Made by a program: the position numbers and the translations under genes. Positions 30,792 through 41,016 of a stretch of DNA of 64,000 bases are shown one piece after another. The notes beneath the pieces are model-generated. The model was not told the DNA's origin and ran no database searches. It saw only the letters and a list, made by a program, of their open reading frames with translations. This DNA comes from Polyangiaceae bacterium (GTDB lineage Bacteria; Myxococcota_A; Polyangia; Polyangiales; Polyangiaceae): the NCBI GenBank assembly GCA_965222375.1, contig CBDCTZ010000012.1, forward strand, positions 256,001 to 320,000, written 5' to 3'. Position 1 is the first letter of the stretch; every line of letters starts with the position of its first letter.

Positions 30792-32348
30792 ATGAGCTTA
30801 CGAGAGCGCGTCGCTCAGTTGGAGGCGCGGCGCAACGCCGTGTTGGAGATGGGGGGCGCCGAGCGAATCGCTCGGCAACACGCACGGGGCAAGCTCACAG
30901 TTCGTGAGCGCATGAACCTGCTTTTCGACGCGGGGGAGTACTTCGAGGTGGGGGCCTTTGGCCGGCCCATGGGCACTTCGTCGTCAGAGCGAGTTCCCGC
31001 GGACGGTGTCGTGTGTGGTTTTGGTCAAGTGGATGGCCGGATGGTCTGCGCCGCGGCCTACGACTTCACGGTGAAGGGCGGCAGCATTGGGCCAACCGGT
31101 GAGGTCAAAGTGACGCGACTGCGCCAGATGGCCTTGACTGGGCGTTGGCCTATAGTTTGGCTGATCGATTCGGCCGGTGCGCGTATCGACCCATCCGGTC
31201 AACACCCCGATGTGATCAGCACCTTCGCGGCGACCGGGCACCTGTTTCGGGAACAAGTGCTGATGAGTGGGGTCGTGCCCCAGGTTGCTGCGATGGTGGG
31301 CCCCGGCGCGGCGGGCACGGCGTACATCCCGGGCTTGGCGGACTTCGTACCCATGGTGCGCGGGGTGGGAAGCTTGGCGCTGGGCGGCCCTCCCCTGGTG
31401 AAGGCCGTTACCGGAGAGGAGATCGACGAGCAGACGTTGGGTGGCAGTTCCGTACACTGTGAGGTGAGCGGTGTTGCGGACGCCGAAGCCGAGGACGACG
31501 CTAGCTGTATTCAGTTGGTGAAGCGCTACTTGTCCTTCTTGCCGTCGAGCTCCGATGAAAAGCCCCCACAGGCGGCCGCTCGGGACCCCATCGACCGGCG
31601 CGAGGACGCGCTCTTGGACATCGTGCCTGAGGATCCCAGGGAAGGGTACGACATGCTCGACGTCTTGCGCCTCGTACTGGATGACGGCGATGTGTTTGAA
31701 CTCAAGCCGCGCTTCGGACGCAGTGTCATCACCGCGCTGGCTCGGATCGGAGGGACGCCGGTGGGCGTCGTTGCGAGTCAGCCCCTGTGCATGGGTGGTG
31801 TGCTCGAGAACGATTCCGCAGACAAGAGTGCGAAGTTCATCCAAATCTGCGACGCGTTCCATCTGCCGCTGATCTTCTTTCAAGATGTTCCGGGTTTCCT
31901 CGTGGGGTCCCGCGTGGAACAAGCTGGGATCATTCGCCATGGCGCAAAGATGCTGCATGCCATGAGCGCGGCAACGGTTCCGAAGCTCACGGTCGTGGTC
32001 AGAAAAGCCTATGGTGCGGGGTACTACGCAATGTGCGGGCGAGCCTATGAGCCCGATCTGATCGTTGCCTGGCCTGGCGCCGAGATCAGTGTGATGGGGG
32101 CGGAAGGCATGGTCGGTATTGCGGCAAGGAAGCTGTTCGGCGGCGCCGATCCCGAGCCGGCCGCCAAGGATGCGATCATCGCGCACATCCAGAAGCACAT
32201 TGACGTCGACCGTGTTGCTGGCTGGGGATTCGTGGATGATGTGATCGACCCGCGAGACACCCGTCTGTCGCTGGCGTGGGGGCTACAGCTCTCCCGTCAC
32301 AAACGCTTGGAAAGACCGGCGAAAAAACGCTCGATCCTACCCGTTTGA
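30792..32348 (+). CDS. Acyl-CoA carboxylase carboxyltransferase (beta) subunit
   Basis: QHARGKLTVRER, DFTVKGGS, DSAGARI, DVPGFLVG, RKAYGAG. Confidence 0.94.
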   Translation: MSLRERVAQLEARRNAVLEMGGAERIARQHARGKLTVRERMNLLFDAGEYFEVGAFGRPMGTSSSERVPADGVVCGFGQVDGRMVCAAAYDFTVKGGSIGPTGEVKVTRLRQMALTGRWPIVWLIDSAGARIDPSGQHPDVISTFAATGHLFREQVLMSGVVPQVAAMVGPGAAGTAYIPGLADFVPMVRGVGSLALGGPPLVKAVTGEEIDEQTLGGSSVHCEVSGVADAEAEDDASCIQLVKRYLSFLPSSSDEKPPQAAARDPIDRREDALLDIVPEDPREGYDMLDVLRLVLDDGDVFELKPRFGRSVITALARIGGTPVGVVASQPLCMGGVLENDSADKSAKFIQICDAFHLPLIFFQDVPGFLVGSRVEQAGIIRHGAKMLHAMSAATVPKLTVVVRKAYGAGYYAMCGRAYEPDLIVAWPGAEISVMGAEGMVGIAARKLFGGADPEPAAKDAIIAHIQKHIDVDRVAGWGFVDDVIDPRDTRLSLAWGLQLSRHKRLERPAKKRSILPV

Positions 32349-32443
32349 CCGAAGCGGGCGCTCGGCGTAGACCGCCGCTGCTCTGCCCGATGGGGCGACG
32401 GATGCTAAGCTGGTAGTGTACTTGGCGCCGCCGAGGAGGTTGT

Positions 32444-33364
32444 ATGCGCGCTCGACTTGCTTTCGTTTCCCTATTCAGCACGCTGGTATTCGCGTGTGGG
32501 GGTACCGACGATTCCGGATTGTTCTCCGGATCCGACGCGGGGATCGGTGGAGGTACCTCAGGCGGTACTTCAGGAACCGGTGCGACGGGCGGCACGAGTG
32601 GGGCCGCCACCGGCGGCGGCGGCACTGGCGGCGGCGTCACCGGTGGTTCTCCCGGCAGCGGTGGCGCCAACACGGGTGGGGCCGCCACCGGCGGTGCTCC
32701 CGGCACCGGGGGAGCGACGGGTGGCGGGCCAGCGACTGGAGGCACGCCTGGCACCGGTGGCGTGGGCGCGGGTGGCGTGGGCACGGGTGGAGCGGGCACA
32801 GGTGGTGTCGTCGGTATCGGTGGCGCCTCGAGCGGCGGCACGGGCGGCGTGACCACCGGCCCGAGTTGTGTTGGCAAGTGCGGTAGCACTCAGGGCCAGC
32901 CCCTACCAGCAGGTGGACAGTGTTTCTGCGACGCCGTGTGCATCGGCATGGGGGACTGCTGCCCGAATTGGAGCGCGGTGTGCAACGCTTTTGTAGGCAA
33001 GGAAGTCAATTGCGGTGACAACAAGTGTAAGACCGCCAACGAGTACTGCTGTCAGCAGTATTCAAGCTCCTCGGACGCCTACACGCCCAAGTGCCAGAGC
33101 AAGAGCGACAGCTGCGCTGGTCCCCACATCTTCTGCGACGACCCGAGCGACTGTGGCGCAGGTCAAGTCTGCTGCGGCTCATTGAACGGTAGCGGCAACT
33201 TCATTGCCATTGCGACGTGCCGCGGTAGCGGCGACTGCCGCGCGGACCAGGAGCGGGTCGTCTTTTGCGGCGGCTCGCCGAGCGTGTGTCCGTCGGGAAA
33301 GAAGTGCGAATCTATGAGCTTCTTGGCGAAGTACAATCTGCCCCAATACAACGTATGCCAGTAG
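32444..33364 (+). CDS. Gly-rich/Cys-rich lipoprotein with somatomedin-B-like module
   Basis: Lipobox VFAC; SCVGKC..CFCDAVCIGMGDCCPNWSAVC; further Cys modules. Confidence 0.85.
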   Translation: MRARLAFVSLFSTLVFACGGTDDSGLFSGSDAGIGGGTSGGTSGTGATGGTSGAATGGGGTGGGVTGGSPGSGGANTGGAATGGAPGTGGATGGGPATGGTPGTGGVGAGGVGTGGAGTGGVVGIGGASSGGTGGVTTGPSCVGKCGSTQGQPLPAGGQCFCDAVCIGMGDCCPNWSAVCNAFVGKEVNCGDNKCKTANEYCCQQYSSSSDAYTPKCQSKSDSCAGPHIFCDDPSDCGAGQVCCGSLNGSGNFIAIATCRGSGDCRADQERVVFCGGSPSVCPSGKKCESMSFLAKYNLPQYNVCQ

Positions 33365-33450
33365 GCGGGGCCTGGGCGGGTGCACTTACTGCGACTTCGT
33401 GCTATCCGCCCTTCAACTTCTTTGGTGTTGCTTCCTGTGGGAGGACTAGC

Positions 33451-34068
33451 GTGTCGAGTCGACTTATCTATCGTTCACTGACGTGTTTGGCCATCTTTGG
33501 TTTGTGCCTTTCGTGCTCTAGCTCCAGTGGTGGAGGCGGCGTCCCTGCCGTCGATGGTGGAGGCGGCACCGGCGCTGGTGGCGGTGGCGGATTTGGAAAC
33601 TTCGGTAACTTCGATGGTGGAGACGCCCAGACGGATGGCAGTGGAGCCGGGGGGCCCACCTGCGTCGGTAGCTGTGGTCTCCCCAACCCGGTCCCCGGCG
33701 CGTTTTGTTTCTGCAATGACCTGTGCACGACCCAGGGCAACTGTTGCCCCGACTATGCGACGGTGTGCACCGGCTCCGGCGGGGCGGATGGTGGCGGCAG
33801 CGGTGGTTTCGGTGGCGGCACCGGCGGCTTCGGCACCGGCGGCTTCGGTACGGGCGGTTTCGGTACAGGCGGCTTCGGCACCGGGGGCTTCGGCACCGGG
33901 GGCTTCGGCGCGACTGGGGGCAGCACGAGCGCGTGTTGGAATACGACGACCTGCAACCCCGGAACGACCTGCGTTCAAAACTGCGGCGCGTGCATGATCC
34001 AATCGAAAAAGTGTTGGACCGACGGTACTTGGCTACCTCCCTCCGCCTGCGTTCCCGGCGGCTGTTAA
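33451..34068 (+). CDS. Gly-rich/Cys-rich lipoprotein with somatomedin-B-like module and GGFGT repeats
   Basis: SD GGAGG before GTG 33451; lipobox CLSC; TCVGSC..CFCNDLCTTQGNCCPDYATVC. Confidence 0.82.
   Translation: MSSRLIYRSLTCLAIFGLCLSCSSSSGGGGVPAVDGGGGTGAGGGGGFGNFGNFDGGDAQTDGSGAGGPTCVGSCGLPNPVPGAFCFCNDLCTTQGNCCPDYATVCTGSGGADGGGSGGFGGGTGGFGTGGFGTGGFGTGGFGTGGFGTGGFGATGGSTSACWNTTTCNPGTTCVQNCGACMIQSKKCWTDGTWLPPSACVPGGC
33823..33912 (+). repeat. 15-bp tandem repeat (GGFGT x5 + GGFGA)
   Basis: GGCGGCTTCGGCACC-type units. Confidence 0.9.
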
Positions 34069-34184
34069 CTGATTCCAACCACGCGCTTGGCCGCTGCCTT
34101 GCGCGTGCCGCGCCGATTCGTTAAACACGCCGGTCGATAGCGGCGGATTCCAGGCACGGGGTCCCCAAGCAAAAGGGCGGCCCC

Positions 34185-37100
34185 ATGAACGGCACTACCT
34201 GGCGACTGCTTTGCGCAGTTCTCACTCTAGGGATTTGTACCACTGGCTGCGCGGAGGAGCGCGAGCCCATCAACAAGGTGCAGGCCGACGCCTTGGCCAA
34301 ATCCTTCTTCGTCGGAGCCTTGGCAGACAAGAGCGACGACCCGGAGTTCTACTTCCGTTCCACGGTCGTCGACGTCGCTGCCGGTGCCGGTGCGGATGGG
34401 CTGTTCACGAACTCGGACGCCCAACCCGTCAGCCGGATCCGCTGGGAAATCACAGAAGATCTATTGCTGGCGCGGCTGACCTACGAACGAATCGACCACA
34501 CGGATGGCAAGGGTCTGCGTCGGACGCCCGACGGGCAGATTGTCGCCGCCTATCGCATCGAAAGTCACTTCGACATCAAAAAGGATTACAACCCCTCTAC
34601 CGGGGAGGAGCTCAACGTCATCGTCGAGAACGACGAAGACCGGCGCTGGTACGAGCGCGCGTACTTCCGGGTGGATTGGTCCCGAAACCTGATCACGGAC
34701 GCCTACGAACTCGATACCCTTTCGCAGCTCGGGATCTACTACGGCGTCAAGTGGGACCCGGTTGCGTACTACGTGAACGATCCAACCCACCCCCACGCGC
34801 CGGTGTTCGACAAGGAGCGCGGATACGTAGACGTAACCAACAAGGTGTGGGCGTCGCCGGAAGTGCTGCAAGACGAGTGGGGGGACTTCCCGGCGTGCTG
34901 GCTGTACGGCCGCTTTCCCACCGAGAACTGCAATCCCAGCGAAATCACCGTGCGCCAGGCTTTCCTGAAAGTCACGGACACGGACTACGAGCCTCTGGAA
35001 TACGACGGTACGAAGATGGACCAATTCGGTGTCTTCACCGTGGACCGCTTCGGGTACGACCGAAGCTATGGCGTGGTGGACGACAAGTGGCGCCGCTTCG
35101 CGACCCGCTGGAACCTATTCTTGCAGAGCCACACCCAGGACCTTTGCAACACCGAGCAGACGACGCCGCCGGGGGCTGATCCCCACCGGGACGACAACGG
35201 CAATGGCACCGAAGACGAGTGCGAACCCGTGGGATTCGGTTCCCGCTGCGACGCGGTTCGAGGCCAATGCACCATCCCCTATCGCGGGCGCCCGGTCCGC
35301 ACCATCGTGTGGCACACGAATCGGGAGTTTCCCGAGGAGCTCTTCGAGGGCACGAAGCAGGCCTTTGAGAGTTGGAGCAACTCGATGCGGGTTGCCATCG
35401 TGGCGGCCAGGCTCGCCGAATGCCGGCGCTCCGGCGGCGGAAACTGCGAAGCCGACATGGGTTGGCCTGCCAACTGGTCCGACAATTGGGTTCCGCCCGT
35501 AGGCAAGGCGACATCGGCAGAAGTTCCTCAGATTTTCGCCCTGTGCCACAACCCGGTCAGCGCGGACAAGGGCGACGATTTGGCGGTGTGCGGCCCCGAG
35601 GGAACCTCACCGCGAATCGGCGACCTGCGCTACAACATGGTCAACATCATCCAGGATCCTCAGCTCATGGCGCCTTGGGGCATCATGATGGACGCGGAGG
35701 ATCCCCTCACTGGTGAGAAGATCGCAGGCAGTGTGAGCCAGTGGGGTGCGGTGCTCGACCGCGCGGCGGCTAGCCTCGTTGACATACTCGGCTTGATCAA
35801 CGGCGATATCGATCCGGAGAGCTTCATCGCCGGTCAGGATGTGAGCTTCTGGGTGTCCCAGAACAAGCCAGGGGCGGTGGCGGAGCGGGGTGCTCCCATG
35901 AGCAAGGCAGAGTTGTCGCGGCGGTTGGCTGCCTTCGACCCCGACGTCCTCAACAAGCTGACCGCCGGTTTGCCACCTACCAAGAAGAACGCGCCACCCG
36001 GCGCGCGTCGCAAGGCTCGGGAGGCGGCGCTGCACAAGTTGGGACGATTGGGCCCCGGCAATGCGGCGCTCTCGAACCGCCTGTCCAAGCTCCGCGGTTC
36101 CGCGGTGGAGTCGAAGCTGGTCAGTCCCGAGCTCGCGCAAGCGGTTGGAGCCGACCCGACAGCACCTGTCTCTGCCAGCGTCGTGAAGCGCGCGTCTCCC
36201 GTCGGGCGGATGAACCCCAGTGTTCGCCGTGCTCAGCGCCACGCTCGGCGCATGGCCAATGTGCGGCGTCACGCCTGCCGCTACGAGGCGCCGGAACCCG
36301 ACTACCTGATCGGCATGGCGCGCCAAGTGGCGAAGCTTTTTCCGAGTCCGGACCCGAATGACAAAGCGGCCGTGGCCGCTCACCGCAAGGCCGTGGAGAC
36401 TTGGGCTCGTCAAGAGTTCTCACGCGGCGTCATGAGTCACGAAATCGGCCACTCGGTCGGTTTGCGCCACAACTTCGCCGCCTCTTTCGATTCCCTGAAC
36501 TACGAGCCTCAGTACTGGCAGCTGCGTACGAATCACGGTGCAGTCACGACCGCCTGCGCCGACGGTACGACGGATGGCTCGAGCTGTATCGGACCACGCT
36601 ACCGGGATCCCCTCAGCGACCAGGAGGTCAACGGCAACATCGGTCGCTACGCCACGAGTAGCGTCATGGACTACCCGGGGGACCAGAACCAGGACACGGT
36701 GTTGCCTGGCAAGTACGACCGCGCCGCGGCTCGGCTCATCTACGGTGGCGTCGTTGACGTCTGGAACCAACCTGGGGTGTCAGTCAGCGGCACGGGTGCT
36801 GGGCAAGACGAGGCCTTCGCCCTCAGCGCCTTCACGACCAGTCCGGGACTTTTTGGCGTCTATTACTTCCCAAAGGTCGATCCCAATGCCGGTTTCGAGT
36901 TCATTCACTACAGCGAATACCAAAACCGCTTCCGTCTTCTGGGTGCATGCCAAGACGACGGCGAGGCGCCCCTGGGCAAGCGCTGCGAAGAGCGCAGCAT
37001 GGATGTCGTCGACTATCGTGACATGCAAGACTTCGCATCCGACAAGGATTACGAGAAGTTCGCCTGGGCGGTGAACGCCAAAGCCGTAGACCCTGCCGGC

Positions 37101-38480
37101 CGGGTTCGGCGAGGCTACCTGTTTTCCTCGGATGAGTATGCCGACAGCGGCAACGTTCCGGCGTTCACGTCGGACGCGGGGGCGGATGCCTACGAGCAGA
37201 TCCGATTCCTGGAGGGTGCCTACGAAAACCGCTACCTGTTGGACTCGTTTCGGCGCAATCGGGTCACTTTCAACAGCTATGACGCGATGACCCGAATTCA
37301 GGCGCGCTACTTGGACAAGATCCAACTGATCGCCAAAACCTTCGCATTCGGAGCCGTCGTAGATGGTGACCCGACCGCACCGACCACCGAGTTTCTTCAG
37401 GACGGTCTGTACGGCCCTCAGGCAATTGGCGCCACCCTGGCGTTCGATATGTTCGCACGAATCATCACGCGGCCCGAGCCCGGCTACTACTGCACCGCGG
37501 ACGCTTGTGGCGTCGGGCAGCCTCCTGGCGTGGCGACGGAGCTCTTCGCCGCCGATCCGGCGCCGTTACCCGATGCGTTCTTGTACGACTTTCAGCTGCC
37601 GCTCAGTGTCGGCCGCTTCCTGCACAACGACTACGACTACTCGCAGGGCTACTGGTGGGGCGACTACCAGTCTCAGGTCGGCACCTACTACGACAAGATT
37701 TGGGCGACCTATTACCTGTCCGAGGCCTTCGACACCTTCATCGCCAGCTCCAAAGAAGACTTCGTCGACTCGCGCTACAAGAACGTCAGCTTCGCGACGG
37801 TCTTTCCAGAGCAGGTTCGCCGCCTCTACACCAGCGTGCTCACCGGGGACTTGGATGTCTACGCGCCCCACGTGACCGCGCCCTCGAGCGCGACGGATAC
37901 GCCGCTAGGGACCCTGGTCTATCCCACTTGGTCGGAGTTGGGCGGTCTGGGGACTCGACCCGCCAACGCCTTTCTGGTCGACCCAAACAACGGTTGGAAC
38001 GAACAGCTCTATGCCATGGTCTGGGGTGCAGCGTTTTTTCCCACCAATTGGTCCAGCAACTGGGCTCACGAAGCTCGCATCGCCCTGCTGCCTGCGGAAA
38101 CGCCGGACTGGCCTCCGAACGAGGTGGTCGCTTTCACCTATCCACCGTCGGGGCTGACCTATCGCGCCCGCAGCTACGGAACCGAAGCTCTATTCGGCAA
38201 GACCGTGGACAAGGGGATCGGCGCCCGCATGCTGGGCTGGGCAAACCACCTCTTGGCCAGGGCGTATCTGGTGGACAAGGACGTCAATGGGGACCCGATC
38301 ATCGGTCCTGATGGGCGCCCCGTGCTCACTCTGGACGTTAACGGGATGCCACAGAAAGACCCGCAAAATGCCGACGCCTTTGCAGCCTTGGCAAACTATG
38401 TGGACTTCATCGATCTGATGCGCCAAGTCACTGCCACCTTCGAACAACCCCTCGGATCCGGGGACCTACCGGAGCCATGA
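34185..38480 (+). CDS. Large lipoprotein with metzincin-type zinc metalloprotease domain (EcxA-like)
   Basis: Lipobox TTGC; HEIGHSVGLRH zinc motif; SSVMDY Met-turn; DPLTGE motif. Confidence 0.88.
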   Translation: MNGTTWRLLCAVLTLGICTTGCAEEREPINKVQADALAKSFFVGALADKSDDPEFYFRSTVVDVAAGAGADGLFTNSDAQPVSRIRWEITEDLLLARLTYERIDHTDGKGLRRTPDGQIVAAYRIESHFDIKKDYNPSTGEELNVIVENDEDRRWYERAYFRVDWSRNLITDAYELDTLSQLGIYYGVKWDPVAYYVNDPTHPHAPVFDKERGYVDVTNKVWASPEVLQDEWGDFPACWLYGRFPTENCNPSEITVRQAFLKVTDTDYEPLEYDGTKMDQFGVFTVDRFGYDRSYGVVDDKWRRFATRWNLFLQSHTQDLCNTEQTTPPGADPHRDDNGNGTEDECEPVGFGSRCDAVRGQCTIPYRGRPVRTIVWHTNREFPEELFEGTKQAFESWSNSMRVAIVAARLAECRRSGGGNCEADMGWPANWSDNWVPPVGKATSAEVPQIFALCHNPVSADKGDDLAVCGPEGTSPRIGDLRYNMVNIIQDPQLMAPWGIMMDAEDPLTGEKIAGSVSQWGAVLDRAAASLVDILGLINGDIDPESFIAGQDVSFWVSQNKPGAVAERGAPMSKAELSRRLAAFDPDVLNKLTAGLPPTKKNAPPGARRKAREAALHKLGRLGPGNAALSNRLSKLRGSAVESKLVSPELAQAVGADPTAPVSASVVKRASPVGRMNPSVRRAQRHARRMANVRRHACRYEAPEPDYLIGMARQVAKLFPSPDPNDKAAVAAHRKAVETWARQEFSRGVMSHEIGHSVGLRHNFAASFDSLNYEPQYWQLRTNHGAVTTACADGTTDGSSCIGPRYRDPLSDQEVNGNIGRYATSSVMDYPGDQNQDTVLPGKYDRAAARLIYGGVVDVWNQPGVSVSGTGAGQDEAFALSAFTTSPGLFGVYYFPKVDPNAGFEFIHYSEYQNRFRLLGACQDDGEAPLGKRCEERSMDVVDYRDMQDFASDKDYEKFAWAVNAKAVDPAGRVRRGYLFSSDEYADSGNVPAFTSDAGADAYEQIRFLEGAYENRYLLDSFRRNRVTFNSYDAMTRIQARYLDKIQLIAKTFAFGAVVDGDPTAPTTEFLQDGLYGPQAIGATLAFDMFARIITRPEPGYYCTADACGVGQPPGVATELFAADPAPLPDAFLYDFQLPLSVGRFLHNDYDYSQGYWWGDYQSQVGTYYDKIWATYYLSEAFDTFIASSKEDFVDSRYKNVSFATVFPEQVRRLYTSVLTGDLDVYAPHVTAPSSATDTPLGTLVYPTWSELGGLGTRPANAFLVDPNNGWNEQLYAMVWGAAFFPTNWSSNWAHEARIALLPAETPDWPPNEVVAFTYPPSGLTYRARSYGTEALFGKTVDKGIGARMLGWANHLLARAYLVDKDVNGDPIIGPDGRPVLTLDVNGMPQKDPQNADAFAALANYVDFIDLMRQVTATFEQPLGSGDLPEP

Positions 38481-39799
38481 AGCACTCGATACTGCGAATC
38501 GCCGGACCCTCGTGTGCGGCACTCGGATTGGTCATTGCAGCCTGCGCCACTGGCGGCGCCGATGACCCCCCGGGCAGCGGCGGCGGCGGGACCGGAGGCG
38601 CCGACGCTGCCCTTGGCGGAAGCGCTGGCAGTGGCGGCACTTCTAGGGCGGGCGCCGGCGGGACGAGTGGCGGCGCGGGGGCCGACGCGGGCGCGGACGT
38701 GTCCCTGGATGCAGCTCCCGCGGATGCTGCGCTGGATGTGGCTGTGGACAGCGCAGCGGATTCTGCTGGGGATGCGCTGTCTGACACTCCTGGCGTCGAC
38801 GCAGCGGGGTGCTCCGGAACGCCGCCGGTGGGCGGGTGTCCCGCTGGGCAGTACTTTCACGTGTGCAAGAATAGCTGCGTCGCGTGTTCCGACTTCACGT
38901 TGGTCGGATTCCCCGGCGCTCCGAAGCTGGTTCCCACGTTGAGCGATACGACCGGGGGGACGGACCAGTTGTTCCCGCGGATCGGTCTGGTGGGTACGGA
39001 AGTGCGCTTGGTGTTTTCCCAGCGCGTACCACCCACGGCGCCTACGCAACGGGATTTCGCTATCGCCAAGGCGCAGGGCAACGATTGGGCGAGCATCAGC
39101 ACCAGTCTAGGTAACTTCGTCAACTACCCGAGCGCCGACGAAGAAGCGTCCTTCCTCATCCCCGCTGGCGCCAAGAGCCCCCTGACCGGCAGCACCAGCT
39201 CCGAGGCGTTGCTTTTGATGGACAGTGACCGCTCCGGCAGCCGGGAGCTCTATGTGAGCGGGCTATTCAAGAGTCAGGGCTCGCCGGCGAAACTCGCGGC
39301 GCCGGTCAATAGCGGCAGCCGGAACTACCACGCCAGCTACGCCCACGCCGCGACGCCAGCACGGTTGTTCTGGTCGAGCTTCCGCAACAACAAGGGTGGT
39401 TTGTACACATGGGCCTTGAGCGGGGGCTCCGCGGATGCTGTCTCCCTGACCCACGAAAGCGGCTGCCCCGTGATCGATGAGGATCTCGAGCCCGCGGTGA
39501 CCGCGGACGGACGTGTCATGGTGTTCAGCGCGCCACGACGCGCGAAGCCGGATTGCAACACTCCGCTGAACGCTGGCCGACGCAGTCTGTTCTACGTGTA
39601 CCTCAACCCGCTCACAGGCCAAGCTCTCGCGCCCGCGGTCGAGTTGGCCAACCTGCGCACGACGCTGGAGACCGTCGCCGGCTCTGCTGCCGTCGCCCTG
39701 CGTTCTCCAGCGCTCGAACCCAATGCCTGCACGCTCTATTTCGCGTCGAACGCCGCGCCCGGAGACGGAGATTTCGACATCTATCGGGTCGCGCGCTGA
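38477..39799 (+). CDS. Lipoprotein with TolB/PD40-like beta-propeller
   Basis: Lipobox IAAC; SDRSGSRELY, PVNS, PAVTADGRVMVFS, LYFASN..GDFDIY; ATGA-coupled. Confidence 0.75.
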   Translation: MKHSILRIAGPSCAALGLVIAACATGGADDPPGSGGGGTGGADAALGGSAGSGGTSRAGAGGTSGGAGADAGADVSLDAAPADAALDVAVDSAADSAGDALSDTPGVDAAGCSGTPPVGGCPAGQYFHVCKNSCVACSDFTLVGFPGAPKLVPTLSDTTGGTDQLFPRIGLVGTEVRLVFSQRVPPTAPTQRDFAIAKAQGNDWASISTSLGNFVNYPSADEEASFLIPAGAKSPLTGSTSSEALLLMDSDRSGSRELYVSGLFKSQGSPAKLAAPVNSGSRNYHASYAHAATPARLFWSSFRNNKGGLYTWALSGGSADAVSLTHESGCPVIDEDLEPAVTADGRVMVFSAPRRAKPDCNTPLNAGRRSLFYVYLNPLTGQALAPAVELANLRTTLETVAGSAAVALRSPALEPNACTLYFASNAAPGDGDFDIYRVAR

Positions 39800-41016
39800 T
39801 GCAGGCGCGGCTCAACCCAGAGATCCGCGACTGGGTTTGCTCGAAGACGGGTGATTCACAACAACTCGGAGTGCCGACGGCGGCAGTCGGGCTGTGCTCA
39901 TGCTGTCCGGCGCCGGGCTTCCCGATTCTCGTCAAGTATGCCCCGAACCGTGAGCTCTCGACTGACGGCCGTCGGGGCCTCGGACGTTTCGAATCGCGCC
40001 TACCCGTGCAGGGTTTGAGCCCGCGTTACGCAGACGACGTCGGTGACACGGCGGTGCTCGAGGACGAACGCCTCTCCGCCGAATCAGGCGCGCGCGTCTT
40101 CCTCAAGGGTGAGGGACAAAACCCCAGCGGTAGTTTCAAGGATCGCGGGCTCGCGGTCGGAGTCGCCCTGGCGCATGTCTTGGGAGCGACTCGCGTAGCG
40201 CTACCCACCCAGGGCAACGCCGGTATCGCAGCGGCGCTCTATTCAGCGCGGCTGGGAATGCAAGGAGCGCTTCTCTACATGCCCGAGGGTTACCAGGAGA
40301 ACTACTATCATCGGGCTGCACGTCACTTCGGTGCGGAGGTGCGGTTCTTCGGCCCCAACATCGCGGCGGCCGGGAAGCAGATGCGTCAGGATCTCGTCGA
40401 AGACCTTGCTCAAAAGAGCGTCGTCAACCTTTCGACCTTCTTCGAACCGGGCCGCTTGGAGGGCAAGAAGACCCTAGGGCTCGAAATCGCGCAGAGCTTC
40501 GCGCCGGATCTTCCCGACGCCATCATCTACCCCACTGGAGGAGGCACGGGGCTCGTGGGGATTTGGAAAGCGCTTCAGGAGCTCCAGCAGGATGGACTCG
40601 TGAGTGCCGATTTGCCGAAAATGTTCGCGGTGCAATCCGACAACTGTTGCCCGCTGGTGCGATCCTGGGAGGCGGGCTTGGATGCGGTGAAACCCTTGGA
40701 ATCTCGAGGCACCGTGGCAGATGGGCTCGACGTTCCGGCCGCGATCATGGGTCATAGGATGATCCAGCTCCTTCGGGGCTCCGGCGGTGGGGCCGTCGCG
40801 GTTTCTGATCGGGAGATCATCGAAGTGCATGATCGTCTGGGACGCCTGGGTGTATGCGCCAGCTACGAGGCGGCTGCGACGGCTGCTGCGTTGCGAGTGT
40901 TGCGCGCGACGGACGCGATTCCCGCCGGAGCCCGAGTCCTGCTGCTCGCCACGGCCAGTCAGCACGTTTCTCTAGGCGGCGCCGCATCCTCGAGCGCATC
41001 CAGTTCCAGCAACTGA
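39799..41016 (+). CDS. thrC: Threonine synthase-like fold type II PLP enzyme
   Basis: NPSGSFKDRG PLP lysine, EGKKTLGLEI, YPTGGGTG, AVQS, TVADGL. Confidence 0.8.
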   Translation: MQARLNPEIRDWVCSKTGDSQQLGVPTAAVGLCSCCPAPGFPILVKYAPNRELSTDGRRGLGRFESRLPVQGLSPRYADDVGDTAVLEDERLSAESGARVFLKGEGQNPSGSFKDRGLAVGVALAHVLGATRVALPTQGNAGIAAALYSARLGMQGALLYMPEGYQENYYHRAARHFGAEVRFFGPNIAAAGKQMRQDLVEDLAQKSVVNLSTFFEPGRLEGKKTLGLEIAQSFAPDLPDAIIYPTGGGTGLVGIWKALQELQQDGLVSADLPKMFAVQSDNCCPLVRSWEAGLDAVKPLESRGTVADGLDVPAAIMGHRMIQLLRGSGGGAVAVSDREIIEVHDRLGRLGVCASYEAAATAAALRVLRATDAIPAGARVLLLATASQHVSLGGAASSSASSSSN

